Assembly: GCA_001769215.1 (NCBI GenBank)
Contig: MEOL01000044.1
Location: 4,219 to 68,218, forward strand
DNA: 64,000 nucleotides
Source of the DNA: Bacteroidetes bacterium GWF2_41_31
Lineage (GTDB): Bacteria; Bacteroidota; Bacteroidia; Bacteroidales; F082
Direction of reading: 5' to 3'
A model generated the notes under the pieces. That model saw only the letters and a program-made list of their open reading frames with translations, did no database searches and was not told the DNA's origin. The position numbers and the translations under genes are program-made. Positions 36,083 through 45,557 of this stretch are shown here, in pieces (within the stretch, counting starts at the first letter, position 1; each line of letters opens with the position of its first letter).

Positions 36083-38851
36083 TTAGGTTTCCAACAAGGC
36101 TTTCAGCACTTTGTCTGGTGTAATGGGCAACGACATCATTCTTTTTCCGATGGCATCGAAAATGGCATTTCCTATGGCAGGTATTACAGGATGAAGAGCG
36201 CCTTCGCCACATTCTTTTGCACCAAAGGGGCCTTCAGGGTCACCGCTTTCGACGATCGAGGCATGAATATTCGGGGTATCCAGGCTGGTAGGGATTTTAT
36301 AGTCAAGAAAATTACTGTTCAACAGCAACCCTTTGTGGTATTTCATTTCTTCACTAATGGCCTGTCCCAAACCCATGTGCCATGAACCTTCCAGTTGCCC
36401 TTCCACTGCCAAAGGATTGATGGCCAATCCGCAATCGTGCGAACCCCAGATATCCAGGATTTCGACCTCGCCTGTTTGCAGGTTCACCTTTACTTCTGCA
36501 ATTACACTTCCGAAAGAATAGGAAGGACTCAGACCTGCTCCCGCACCTTTAAAGGTGCCTCCCAGTTTTGGGGAATTGTAATAACCACTAACGGTTAAGG
36601 CACCAATATTCCGGGTGGCCATATCAATGGCTTCAACCCAGGATAAATCTACTTTCCTGTCGTTGGAGAAAACCCGGCTATTTTCAAAATTCAATTCATC
36701 GGCTGAGATGTCAAATTTTTTGGTGACAGAATCAACAATGAGATTTTTAAGATTCTCCGCGGCATGTTTGGCAGCATTGCCGGCCATAAAAGTTACCCTG
36801 CTCGAATAGCTGCCCAAATCTACCGGGGTAAGCACGGTGTCGGCGGCAAGAACAAAAATGTTTTCAAAACCCAGGCCCAATACCTCGGCCACAACAATGG
36901 CCAACATGGTATCGCTGCCTTGTCCCATATCGCTTGCCCCCGAAGAAATGACAACCCTTCCATCGAAATCCACTTTTAAATGAACAACCGACTGGGGATA
37001 CTCATTCCAATGAATGGGTAAAGCACTTCCGCTAATGAAAAATCCTGAGGCCACTCCAATACCATGGCCATAGGGGAGTTTTCCGTATTTGCTTTTCCAT
37101 CCCGATTGCTCCATCACAACTTTCAATGCGTCGATGCTCCCATTTGAGGTAATCCGGTATTCACCCACTGTTAAAGTATTTGACTCCAAAAAATTTGTAA
37201 GTCGGATTTCACATGGATCCTGACCGGCTTTTCGTGCGAGTATATCGATCGATGTTTCCATGGCATATCGCGGATTAACGGCTCCATGACCTCTCATGGC
37301 ACCGCATTGTGGTTTGTTGGTGTACACCCTTCTGGTCCTAAACCCAAAATTATTCACTTTGTAAGGGCCTTGTAAGAGTACCCCGTTATAATAACTTGTT
37401 ACCACACCAAAACTGCCATAAGCACCGCCATCAATCACGATATCGGTATCGATCACTTCCAGTTTTAAATCCCGGTTCATCCCTAGTTTGAAATTCATTT
37501 TTGTTGGATGTCGTCCGTGATTGGTCAGAAACACTTCCTCTCTTGAAAGAACAGTTCTTACAGGAATACCAAGTTGTTTGGCCATAAAGGCAATAATGAT
37601 TTCATGAGGAAAGGGATCGCTTTTTCCGCCGAACCCACTGCCTAAAGTTGGTTTAATGACCCTGACTTTATTGAGTGGAAGTTCCAACACTTTTGCCAGT
37701 GTTTTGTGTAAATAGTGAGGAACCTGCGTGGCGGTAATAATAGTTAATCCGTTTTCGTCCCAGAAAGCAGTGGCCGCATGTGGTTCAATAAAACCATGGT
37801 TGATGCCTTGAAAAGTAAAATCGTTGTCGGTTTTGTAATATGAATCCTCAAACCCTTGTTTTTGGTCGCCAAAGCGCAACTCGGACTTTTTATGTATGTT
37901 GTTATTGAATTTGCCATCGCGATGGCTATCGGGATGAATCTTTTCATTCTCACCTAAGTCCGCCAGGGATTCATCAGGATCGAAATATTCTTTTAACGGT
38001 TGATAGTGAACTTTTATTTTTTCAACCGCTTGTCGGGCTATCTCAGCAGTATCGGCAGCCACGGCAGCAACAATCTCACCAATGTACCTTGTTTTTTCAA
38101 CCGCCAGGGCTGTTTCATCTTCTGAGATAGGAAGTACACCGAATTTATTTTCTAACTGCTTACCTGTGACGATGAGGCGAACCCCTTCCATTTTTTCTGC
38201 TTCACTTATGTCGATGGATATGATGTTTGCATGAGCAAAAGTGCTTCGGAGGAACCGGCAATGTAGAGCGTTCTTCGTGTAAATATCATCGGCATAATCA
38301 GCGGTGCCTTTTGCCTTTTTTACAGCATCCAGATAGGGTTTTGGCTTGCCGACCACCTGATATTTTCCATGATGATTTTCCGGTTGGTCCTCTTTTTCCT
38401 TTGAACATGCTGAAACGGCTTCGATGATTTTTTTGTAACCGGTACATCTGCATAAATTACCTGAGAGCGCTTCTTTTATTTCTTCTTTGGCAGGATCAGG
38501 ATTTGCTTTTAAAAGCGCGTACGAAGTAAGGATCATTCCTGGTGTACAGAACCCGCATTGTATGGCACCTTTCTCTATGAATTTTTTTTGAATTTGATCT
38601 AATTCGTTTTTGTCGGAAAGACCTTCGATTGTGATAATGCTTTTGTTGTGGCATTTTACAACGGGTAATATACAACTCAAAACAGGTTTATCGTCTAATA
38701 ATACGGTACATGCTCCACAGGTTCCTTGTTCGCAACCAATTTTTGTACCTGTTAAATCAAGTTGCTCCCTCAGTACTTTTGCAAGTGTAATATCTTCCTT
38801 TACCAGTATCCTGTATAGCCGACCATTGACGGTTAAATTGATTTCCCTCAT
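36083..38851 (-). CDS. fused [2Fe-2S] small subunit plus molybdopterin large subunit of a xanthine-oxidase-family enzyme; 4-hydroxybenzoyl-CoA reductase gamma-alpha-like
   Basis: The N-terminal ~160 aa carry CEQGTCGACTV, QCGFCTPGM and CRCTGY. They continue without a stop into a ~760-aa Mo-binding aldehyde oxidase/xanthine dehydrogenase domain. Confidence 0.7.
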   Translation of the reverse strand: MREINLTVNGRLYRILVKEDITLAKVLREQLDLTGTKIGCEQGTCGACTVLLDDKPVLSCILPVVKCHNKSIITIEGLSDKNELDQIQKKFIEKGAIQCGFCTPGMILTSYALLKANPDPAKEEIKEALSGNLCRCTGYKKIIEAVSACSKEKEDQPENHHGKYQVVGKPKPYLDAVKKAKGTADYADDIYTKNALHCRFLRSTFAHANIISIDISEAEKMEGVRLIVTGKQLENKFGVLPISEDETALAVEKTRYIGEIVAAVAADTAEIARQAVEKIKVHYQPLKEYFDPDESLADLGENEKIHPDSHRDGKFNNNIHKKSELRFGDQKQGFEDSYYKTDNDFTFQGINHGFIEPHAATAFWDENGLTIITATQVPHYLHKTLAKVLELPLNKVRVIKPTLGSGFGGKSDPFPHEIIIAFMAKQLGIPVRTVLSREEVFLTNHGRHPTKMNFKLGMNRDLKLEVIDTDIVIDGGAYGSFGVVTSYYNGVLLQGPYKVNNFGFRTRRVYTNKPQCGAMRGHGAVNPRYAMETSIDILARKAGQDPCEIRLTNFLESNTLTVGEYRITSNGSIDALKVVMEQSGWKSKYGKLPYGHGIGVASGFFISGSALPIHWNEYPQSVVHLKVDFDGRVVISSGASDMGQGSDTMLAIVVAEVLGLGFENIFVLAADTVLTPVDLGSYSSRVTFMAGNAAKHAAENLKNLIVDSVTKKFDISADELNFENSRVFSNDRKVDLSWVEAIDMATRNIGALTVSGYYNSPKLGGTFKGAGAGLSPSYSFGSVIAEVKVNLQTGEVEILDIWGSHDCGLAINPLAVEGQLEGSWHMGLGQAISEEMKYHKGLLLNSNFLDYKIPTSLDTPNIHASIVESGDPEGPFGAKECGEGALHPVIPAIGNAIFDAIGKRMMSLPITPDKVLKALLET

Positions 38852-38909
38852 TTAAGATCAAATTATTCCGCTCGAAAATATTAAAAATATCCCGAATAAA
38901 GCCTATTAA

Positions 38910-39443
38910 TCAAAAAAGACTTAGTTGAGGTTCGTTTAAAGCTGTTTCCAGAGTGAGTAATCTCCTCTTTGTGAGCAGTCCTCCGGCATATCCAACCAGG
39001 TGGCCATTGCTGCCAACAATCCGGTGACAGGGCACGATAATCGAAATGGCATTGGCTCCGTTGGCTGCTGCCACCGCCCGAATGGCTTTCTCGTCGCCTA
39101 CTATTTTCGATAATCCCAAATAGGTTTCTGTTTTCCCATAAGGAATTTCCAGAAGGGCATTCCAAACCCTTTTCTGGAAATCGGATCCTGCCAGTAACAA
39201 CGGAAGTTCAAATTGGGTTCTTTCTTGTTTGAAATATTGATCAAGTTGGAGTTTCGTCTCCCGGATAATGGAAGAGTTTTCTTCTGTGAAAGAGGCATTT
39301 AACAATGTCTGGATTCGCTTGTCAATGGAAATGCGCATCTTGCGATAGCGCCAGTCGCAAAGGCACAATTGTTCATTGTACGAACCAACAATCAACTCTC
39401 CCAAAGGCGTCCTGGCATATTGTATAAAAATGGTATTTTGCAT
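38910..39443 (-). CDS. ogt: methylated-DNA--protein-cysteine methyltransferase
   Basis: Active-site IIVPCHRIVGSNG. 177 aa. Confidence 0.85.
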   Translation of the reverse strand: MQNTIFIQYARTPLGELIVGSYNEQLCLCDWRYRKMRISIDKRIQTLLNASFTEENSSIIRETKLQLDQYFKQERTQFELPLLLAGSDFQKRVWNALLEIPYGKTETYLGLSKIVGDEKAIRAVAAANGANAISIIVPCHRIVGSNGHLVGYAGGLLTKRRLLTLETALNEPQLSLF

Positions 39444-39486
39444 GAAGATTCCTTTGAGGTGTTAATTGTGAAGATCGAATTTGGTT

Positions 39487-41100
39487 TTATCGTCTGTAAA
39501 ACTCAATCAGGGCATTGGTGGAACTATCGTGGTGCAAGGGTTTTTTGTTATCCTGTATCTCGGGAATAATATTTTGCGCCAGGACTTTCCCCAGTTCAAC
39601 ACCCATTTGGTCGAAGGGATTGATATCCCAGATCACACCCTGAACAAAAACACAATGCTCGTACATGGCTACCAGTTTACCCAGGTTTTCAGGGCTCAGC
39701 TTATCCAAAAAGAAAGTGGAGGAGGGCCTGTTGCCTTCAAAAACCTTGTGGGGCACCATTTCTTCTGCAACGCCTTCGGCCCGGACTTCATCGGCCGTTT
39801 TGCCAAAAGCCAGCGCCTCGCCTTGTGCAATCATGTTGGCTATCAGGTAATCCTGATGCGGTGGCAACAGGTTGAGCGATTCTTTAAATCCGATAAAATC
39901 AACCGGAATCAATTTGGTTCCCTGATGAATCAACTGATAAAACGAATGTTGCCCGTTGGTACCGGGTTCACCCCAGTAAATGGCACCTGTTTGATAGTCA
40001 GTCGCCTGTCTGCCGAGTGTAACATGCTTTCCCATGCTTTCCATGGTTAATTGTTGTAAATAAGCAGGAAAGCGGTGGAGGTATTTATCATAGGGAAAAA
40101 CAGCCTGAGTTTCTGCCCCAAAGAAATTGTTGTACCAAACGCCGAGCAGCGCCATGATGACCGGGATGTTTTTTTCAACGGGAGCCGTCCTGAAATGTTC
40201 ATCCATTTTGTGTAATCCGGCCAGCATTTCGTGGTAATTTTCAGGGCCGATGGCGATCATGGTCGAAAGTCCGATGGCTGCGCTCATGGAGTAACGGCCG
40301 CCCACCCAATCCCAGAATCCAAACATGTTCTGCGGGTTGATGCCGAATCGGGTTACTTCCTTTTCGTTGGTCGAAACAGCCACAAAATGTTTGGCTATTG
40401 CCGATTCATCGCCCAGATTTTTCAATGCCCATTCCCGTGCTGTTTGTGCATTGGCCATGGTTTCGAGGGTGGTAAATGTTTTTGATGAGATGATAAAGAG
40501 GGTTTCGTCGGCCCGCAATCCTTCTACCGCTTCTGCGAAATCGCTTCCATCCACGTTGGACACAAACCTGAAATCCAGGCTTCTCATGCTAAAATACTTC
40601 AGGGCTTCGTAAGCCATTACCGGACCTAAATCCGATCCGCCAATTCCAATGTTGATGATGGTTTTGATGGGTTTTCCCGAATGTCCTTTCCACTCGCCGC
40701 TTCTGATTTTGTTGGCAAAACCGGACATTTTATCCAGTACGGCATGTACATCAGGCACTACGTTGTGGCCATCCACCAGAATGGTCGATCCTTTGGGAGC
40801 CCGCAAAGCCGTATGCAGCACAGCACGGTTTTCGGTGATATTGATTTTTTCACCACCAAACATGGCCTGGCGCTTTTTGGCAAAGTCTCTGTTTTCCAAC
40901 AACTGAGAAAGCAATTTTAGGGTTACTCCGGTGATTCTGTGTTTTGAAAAATCAAAGTAGATACCTTCATCCTTCACTACCAATTGCTGACCACGGTTTT
41001 TGTCGTTTTCAAACAGGGTTTTTATCGACACCTGCTTGATTTCGTTAAAATGTTTCTCAAGCGATTTCCAGCTTTCTGTATTCGTTAACGTCGTTTTCAT
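39487..41100 (-). CDS. pgi: glucose-6-phosphate isomerase
   Basis: Full-length PGI-like sequence ([32 protein letters not shown]). Confidence 0.95.
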   Translation of the reverse strand: MKTTLTNTESWKSLEKHFNEIKQVSIKTLFENDKNRGQQLVVKDEGIYFDFSKHRITGVTLKLLSQLLENRDFAKKRQAMFGGEKINITENRAVLHTALRAPKGSTILVDGHNVVPDVHAVLDKMSGFANKIRSGEWKGHSGKPIKTIINIGIGGSDLGPVMAYEALKYFSMRSLDFRFVSNVDGSDFAEAVEGLRADETLFIISSKTFTTLETMANAQTAREWALKNLGDESAIAKHFVAVSTNEKEVTRFGINPQNMFGFWDWVGGRYSMSAAIGLSTMIAIGPENYHEMLAGLHKMDEHFRTAPVEKNIPVIMALLGVWYNNFFGAETQAVFPYDKYLHRFPAYLQQLTMESMGKHVTLGRQATDYQTGAIYWGEPGTNGQHSFYQLIHQGTKLIPVDFIGFKESLNLLPPHQDYLIANMIAQGEALAFGKTADEVRAEGVAEEMVPHKVFEGNRPSSTFFLDKLSPENLGKLVAMYEHCVFVQGVIWDINPFDQMGVELGKVLAQNIIPEIQDNKKPLHHDSSTNALIEFYRR

Positions 41101-41101
41101 G

Positions 41102-41863
41102 TTAGTTCAATTGATCAGTATTATGTAAATTTTGTGCTGCTTTTTTATCAAGAAGCCAGTAAAGAAGCTCGTTTTCCGGATGAACCAGCGACGCCGGAAG
41201 GTGTTCCCAACCTGGTTTTTTCTCCAGAATGCGGGCCACCATTTCGGCCTTGGCTTCTCCGGTGACAATAAACGAAACCATCCTTGCCTGGTTGATTACG
41301 CTGCCTGTGACCGAAATACGTTTTTGTCCGGATTGTGGATGGGTAGCAACATCATAAAGCCGGTTACTTTGAAAAAGCCGAATTTGATCAGGAAAAATGG
41401 ACGCCGTATGTCCATCTTCGCCAAGTCCGAGCAGGATGTAATCGAACTGCGGTATTCCGTGAAGTGACGGGAGGTGCTTTTTTACGGTTTCCGCATAGCG
41501 AATGGCCTCTTCAGCAGGATCGTTTTCACCCATAATCCGGAAGATATTTTCCTTTGGAACGGGAACCAGATCAAGTAAATTCTCACGGGCCATTCTGTAA
41601 TTGCTCTCGTCACTTTCGGGTGCCACGCAGCGTTCATCTCCCCAAAACACCAGCAATTTCTTCCAGTCGATTTGTTCCAAATAGTTGAGCGCCAAATACC
41701 GGAATAAGGATTTTGGTGTCGATCCACCGGATAAAGCAACAGAAAAAAATTGACCTTCATACAAATCCGCCATCTGTTTAATTAGTTGTTGTGCAACAAA
41801 TTGCGATAAGTCATCCGTCGTTTCAAATATGTTAATGATCCTCTTCATATTTACAGTTCGCAA
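41102..41863 (-). CDS. pgl: 6-phosphogluconolactonase
   Basis: [10 protein letters not shown] and [15 protein letters not shown] motifs. The start may be the ATG at 41848. Confidence 0.85.
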   Translation of the reverse strand: MRTVNMKRIINIFETTDDLSQFVAQQLIKQMADLYEGQFFSVALSGGSTPKSLFRYLALNYLEQIDWKKLLVFWGDERCVAPESDESNYRMARENLLDLVPVPKENIFRIMGENDPAEEAIRYAETVKKHLPSLHGIPQFDYILLGLGEDGHTASIFPDQIRLFQSNRLYDVATHPQSGQKRISVTGSVINQARMVSFIVTGEAKAEMVARILEKKPGWEHLPASLVHPENELLYWLLDKKAAQNLHNTDQLN

Positions 41864-43371
41864 TAAATGCCATCGTTCGACAGGTTTTTACAAGGATAAC
41901 GCCAGGTTATTTTTTTGTCTCCAATCAAATCGTCGGCGTTTTCGGGCCCCCAGGTTCCTGCCGGATATCCATATAAAGGTGCTTCATGTTCGTTTTTCCA
42001 ACAATCGATCACGGGTGATAGAAATTTCCAGGCTTCCAGTACTTCTTCTGTACGGGCAAACAAAGTGGAATCCCCTTTGATGGAATCGTAAATCAGTCGC
42101 TCGTAGGCTGAAGGGATGCGTTGATGTGCAAGATCAGAGTAGTGAAAATCCATGTTCACCGTCTGCACTTCAAACCCTGCACCTGGTGTTTTCATGCCAA
42201 ATTTCAACAAGATTCCTTCGTCGGGTTGAATTCTGATAACCAACTGGTTACTTGAATTATTTTGAGTGCCGCGAGAGAAAAGAAAATGGGGGGTAGCCTT
42301 AAAATGAATAACCACCTCCATAACACGTGTAGGCAATCGTTTACCTGTGCGTATATAAAATGGTACGCCTCCCCAACGCCAATTATCGATGTAGAATTTC
42401 AATGCGGCATAAGTTTCCGTAACTGAATTGGGGTTCACTCCTTCTTCTTCGCGATAACCGGGAATGGGTTCGTTCTTGATGTGTGAAGCCACGTACTGCC
42501 CCCTGATTGCATTGGTTTTAACATCCTCTTTTCGAATAGGACGCAGCGACTGAAACACCTTTAATATTTCATTCCGTATGGCGCCGGGTTCGAGCGAGGA
42601 GGGCGATTCCATGGCTGCGATGGCAGCTACCTGGAGCAAATGGTTTTGAACCATGTCGCGCAAAGCGCCTGAGGTTTCATAATAACCACCCCGCTGCTCA
42701 ACACCGATGCTTTCGGCGGAGGTAATTTCAACATGATGGATGTAGTTTCGGTTCCACAAAGGTTCAAATATTCCATTGGAAAATCGGGTAACAAGCAGGT
42801 TTTGAACGGTTTCCTTACCCAGATAATGGTCTATCCTGAATAATTGTTCCTCAGCCCAGTCGCACAACAGCTGGTCTTTAAGTTGGATAGCCGATTCCAG
42901 GTCGTATCCGAATGGCTTTTCGATGATGATGCGTTTCCATCCATCGGTCTGATTATTTAATCCAATGGAAGCCAGTTGTTGGGGAATAATTCCGTATAAA
43001 CTGGGCGGGGTTGATAAATAAAAGATGGTGTTTCCATTGATATTTTTTTGTTCGCGCAATTTCTCAATCCGTTCTTTTAACGGAACATAGGTGACACCAT
43101 CATCAAATTTAAGGGAGGTGTAATGGAGGTGTTGAACGAATGCTTCAATTTCGGAGGTGTCGTCAATTTCTTTAAATTCGAGGATGGCCGATTTCATGGC
43201 TGTTCTGAATTCATCATCAGTGAATTGCGAACGTGATGCACCCAACAGGGCAAATTTTTCCGGCAGCAGTTTCTGGACAAACAGCGAATACAACGCCGGG
43301 ACCAGTTTTCTCTTCGTGAGGTCGCCAGAAGCGCCAAAAATTACGTAGATAAGGCTGTCGTTTTCGTTCAT
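41851..43371 (-). CDS. zwf: glucose-6-phosphate 1-dehydrogenase
   Basis: IFGASGDLTKRKL and RIDHYLGKE signatures. Confidence 0.95.
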   Translation of the reverse strand: MNENDSLIYVIFGASGDLTKRKLVPALYSLFVQKLLPEKFALLGASRSQFTDDEFRTAMKSAILEFKEIDDTSEIEAFVQHLHYTSLKFDDGVTYVPLKERIEKLREQKNINGNTIFYLSTPPSLYGIIPQQLASIGLNNQTDGWKRIIIEKPFGYDLESAIQLKDQLLCDWAEEQLFRIDHYLGKETVQNLLVTRFSNGIFEPLWNRNYIHHVEITSAESIGVEQRGGYYETSGALRDMVQNHLLQVAAIAAMESPSSLEPGAIRNEILKVFQSLRPIRKEDVKTNAIRGQYVASHIKNEPIPGYREEEGVNPNSVTETYAALKFYIDNWRWGGVPFYIRTGKRLPTRVMEVVIHFKATPHFLFSRGTQNNSSNQLVIRIQPDEGILLKFGMKTPGAGFEVQTVNMDFHYSDLAHQRIPSAYERLIYDSIKGDSTLFARTEEVLEAWKFLSPVIDCWKNEHEAPLYGYPAGTWGPENADDLIGDKKITWRYPCKNLSNDGIYCEL

Positions 43372-44279
43372 TTTGCCTCCTGGTCTTTGGTTTTAATGGC
43401 ATGTCCGCCAAACTGGTTTCTCAGGGCGGCCAGCATCTTCATGGCAAAGGATTCCTTTTGCCGTGATTGGAACCGGGTAAACAATGAAGCGGTGATCACA
43501 TGCGCGGGAACATCAAAGTCCATGGCTGTTTGTACGGTCCATCTTCCTTCGCCACTGTCAGAAACATAATCCTGGAGTTGGTCCAGTTTAGGATCTTCCT
43601 TTAAAGCGCTAACGGCCAATTCGAGCAACCATGAACGAACCACACTTCCATATTGCCATGCATCGGCCACCTTGGTCAGGTCGATGTCGTAGGGTGATTT
43701 TTCAAGAATTTCGAAGCCCTCAGCATAGGATTGCATCATCCCATATTCAATGCCGTTGTGAACCATTTTGACCATGTGACCGGTTCCTGAGGGGCCGCAG
43801 TAAACAGCCCCTTTTTCGGGAGCCAGCGATTTAAATACAGGATCGACATAGTCTGCCGCTTCTTTCAATCCGCCGTACATCAGGCAATAACCGTTTTGCA
43901 ATCCCCATACGCCACCGCTGGTTCCGCAGTCCAGGTAGATCACACCTTTTTCGGCTGCTTTTTCGGCGCGTTGTTGGGTTTCTCTCCAGTATGAATTGCC
44001 GCCATCTATCACAATATCATTTTTATTGAGAAGTTCGAGCAATGCATTTAAGGTGTCATCAACTGGTTTCCCGGCGGGTACCATCATCCATACTACCCTG
44101 CGGCCTGGTAGTTTATCAACCAAATCGGCGATTGATTTTGCCCCGATGGCTCCCAATTTTTCAATTTCATGGATGCTCTCTACCGATCTGTTCCATGCCA
44201 CTATTTCATGGTGGTGATCCAATAACCGATGGGCCATGTTAAAGCCCATTTTTCCGAGTCCTACAAAGCCAATTTTCAT
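43368..44279 (-). CDS. gnd: 6-phosphogluconate dehydrogenase, short (about 300 aa) decarboxylating type
   Basis: IGFVGLGKMGFNMA Rossmann start and a 6PGDH C-terminal region. It overlaps the zwf start. Confidence 0.85.
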   Translation of the reverse strand: MKIGFVGLGKMGFNMAHRLLDHHHEIVAWNRSVESIHEIEKLGAIGAKSIADLVDKLPGRRVVWMMVPAGKPVDDTLNALLELLNKNDIVIDGGNSYWRETQQRAEKAAEKGVIYLDCGTSGGVWGLQNGYCLMYGGLKEAADYVDPVFKSLAPEKGAVYCGPSGTGHMVKMVHNGIEYGMMQSYAEGFEILEKSPYDIDLTKVADAWQYGSVVRSWLLELAVSALKEDPKLDQLQDYVSDSGEGRWTVQTAMDFDVPAHVITASLFTRFQSRQKESFAMKMLAALRNQFGGHAIKTKDQEAK

Positions 44280-44547
44280 TTTAAGTGTGTTTTAAGATAA
44301 TATGAGTTTAATGGTGGTGATTTACATTTGAGTTTAAAGAACGATTCCCGGACGGGATTGTTGTGGCATCGGAACCTTCCAAAATAAGAAAATCGAAGGT
44401 GAAAACCGATGGTTGAGCAACAGGCGTCAAAATTAGGTAAATAATTGCCCATGGATGTTTTAAATATTGTTTATGTTGTGAAAAAACAGCATACGGTACA
44501 TTATTACAGCGGTTTATGATGGTGAAGAGATTGTTTGGGATGAAATG

Positions 44548-44570
44548 TCTACCTACCGTAGGCAGGTAGA
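44548..44570. repeat. REP-like hairpin TCTACCT-ACCGTAGGC-AGGTAGA
   Basis: A 7-bp perfect stem, related to the GGTAGG/CCTACC variants at 14919. Confidence 0.7.
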
Positions 44571-44725
44571 CGAGAATTTAATGATGAGAATTTGTAAATA
44601 TTTGGAACATGTTATGCGTTAGGTAACAATTACATACTCCATATATTAAACTATCCGTTTTCAAGACAAATCAACAGGGACGGAGTACCGCCAATATTTA
44701 TAGAAAACAAGAATAAATTTGTTAA

Positions 44726-44914
44726 GGTGCAGAGCACCGTCCTATTTTCACCTTTATATAACCGTATAAGAATCAAAATAGTACCCAATGGAATTTTTCT
44801 TTAAGCTAAGGCTAAATATAAAAATAGAATGTTTTTTAAATCAATATTACGGTGCTCCGCACCTTGAATCCATTGATATTTGATTGGCTATAAATATTTT
44901 CGGTGCGCTGCACC
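44726..44914. promoter_or_regulatory. three copies of the palindrome GGTGC-N3-GCACC in the long ORF-free region upstream of gnd
   Basis: The copies are at 44726-44738, 44851-44863 and 44902-44914. The first two sit in a 17-nt inverted repeat, AAGGTGCAGAGCACCGT / ACGGTGCTCCGCACCTT. Confidence 0.3.
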
Positions 44915-45051
44915 TCAGAATTGAGCCTCAAAACCAAAACAAAATATTTTTGTATTTTGATTATAGCAATAACATTTCACCTTTTACAACCTGACTTATA
45001 TACACAAAAAGGCGATGTATTCATTTATCCAATTAAGTTGAAAAACTTTGT

Positions 45052-45504
45052 TTAATCCCAGACAAACCTCCACCTGCCATCAGGTTGTTTACGCCAAACC
45101 GTGTGAAAAATACCGGTGTAAATATGTTCGTTTCCAATTGAGTCGGTTGAGGTGTAGGTGTATTTGCCATAGGTATATCCCAGATCGCCCGAAGCAGCTA
45201 CTTCTACAAAATCCGGTTTCCAGACCAGGCTGGCTTTATTAGAAACAGTTTTTTTCAGGTTGAAATAATTGGCAACCGCGCTTTTTCCAACGATTACACT
45301 GTCGTTTCGCATCAGAACGGCATCGTCAGCAGCAAAGGCCAGAAATGCCTTTGGAATGCCTTCTTTTTGGGCATAGTCGTTAAATTCCTGCTCGGTATTT
45401 AAGATTTCACTTTTCCATTTGTCGATAGATTTTTTCTGTGAATCCAAGTTACACGAAACGAAAACAAGGGGTATGAAAAGGGTTAGCAGCTGATTTTTTT
45501 TCAT
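45052..45504 (-). CDS. SnoaL-like / DUF4440 family lipoprotein
   Basis: Lipobox LVFVSC. C-terminal WRKQPDGRWRFVWD is typical of NTF2-like DUF4440 proteins. Confidence 0.7.
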   Translation of the reverse strand: MKKNQLLTLFIPLVFVSCNLDSQKKSIDKWKSEILNTEQEFNDYAQKEGIPKAFLAFAADDAVLMRNDSVIVGKSAVANYFNLKKTVSNKASLVWKPDFVEVAASGDLGYTYGKYTYTSTDSIGNEHIYTGIFHTVWRKQPDGRWRFVWD

Positions 45505-45557
45505 CTTTTTTTCTAGCCAAGATAAGTACTTTAACTGAATGATTTAGCGAGGATAGG

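Noticed and set aside
35798-36385. Long antisense or shadow ORFs inside large genes (also 39481-40050, 33344-33784, 45876-46274, 57681-58121, 265-672 and others in the track).
   Set aside because: They overlap strongly supported CDSs on the opposite strand or in another frame. They have low-complexity or unrecognisable translations.
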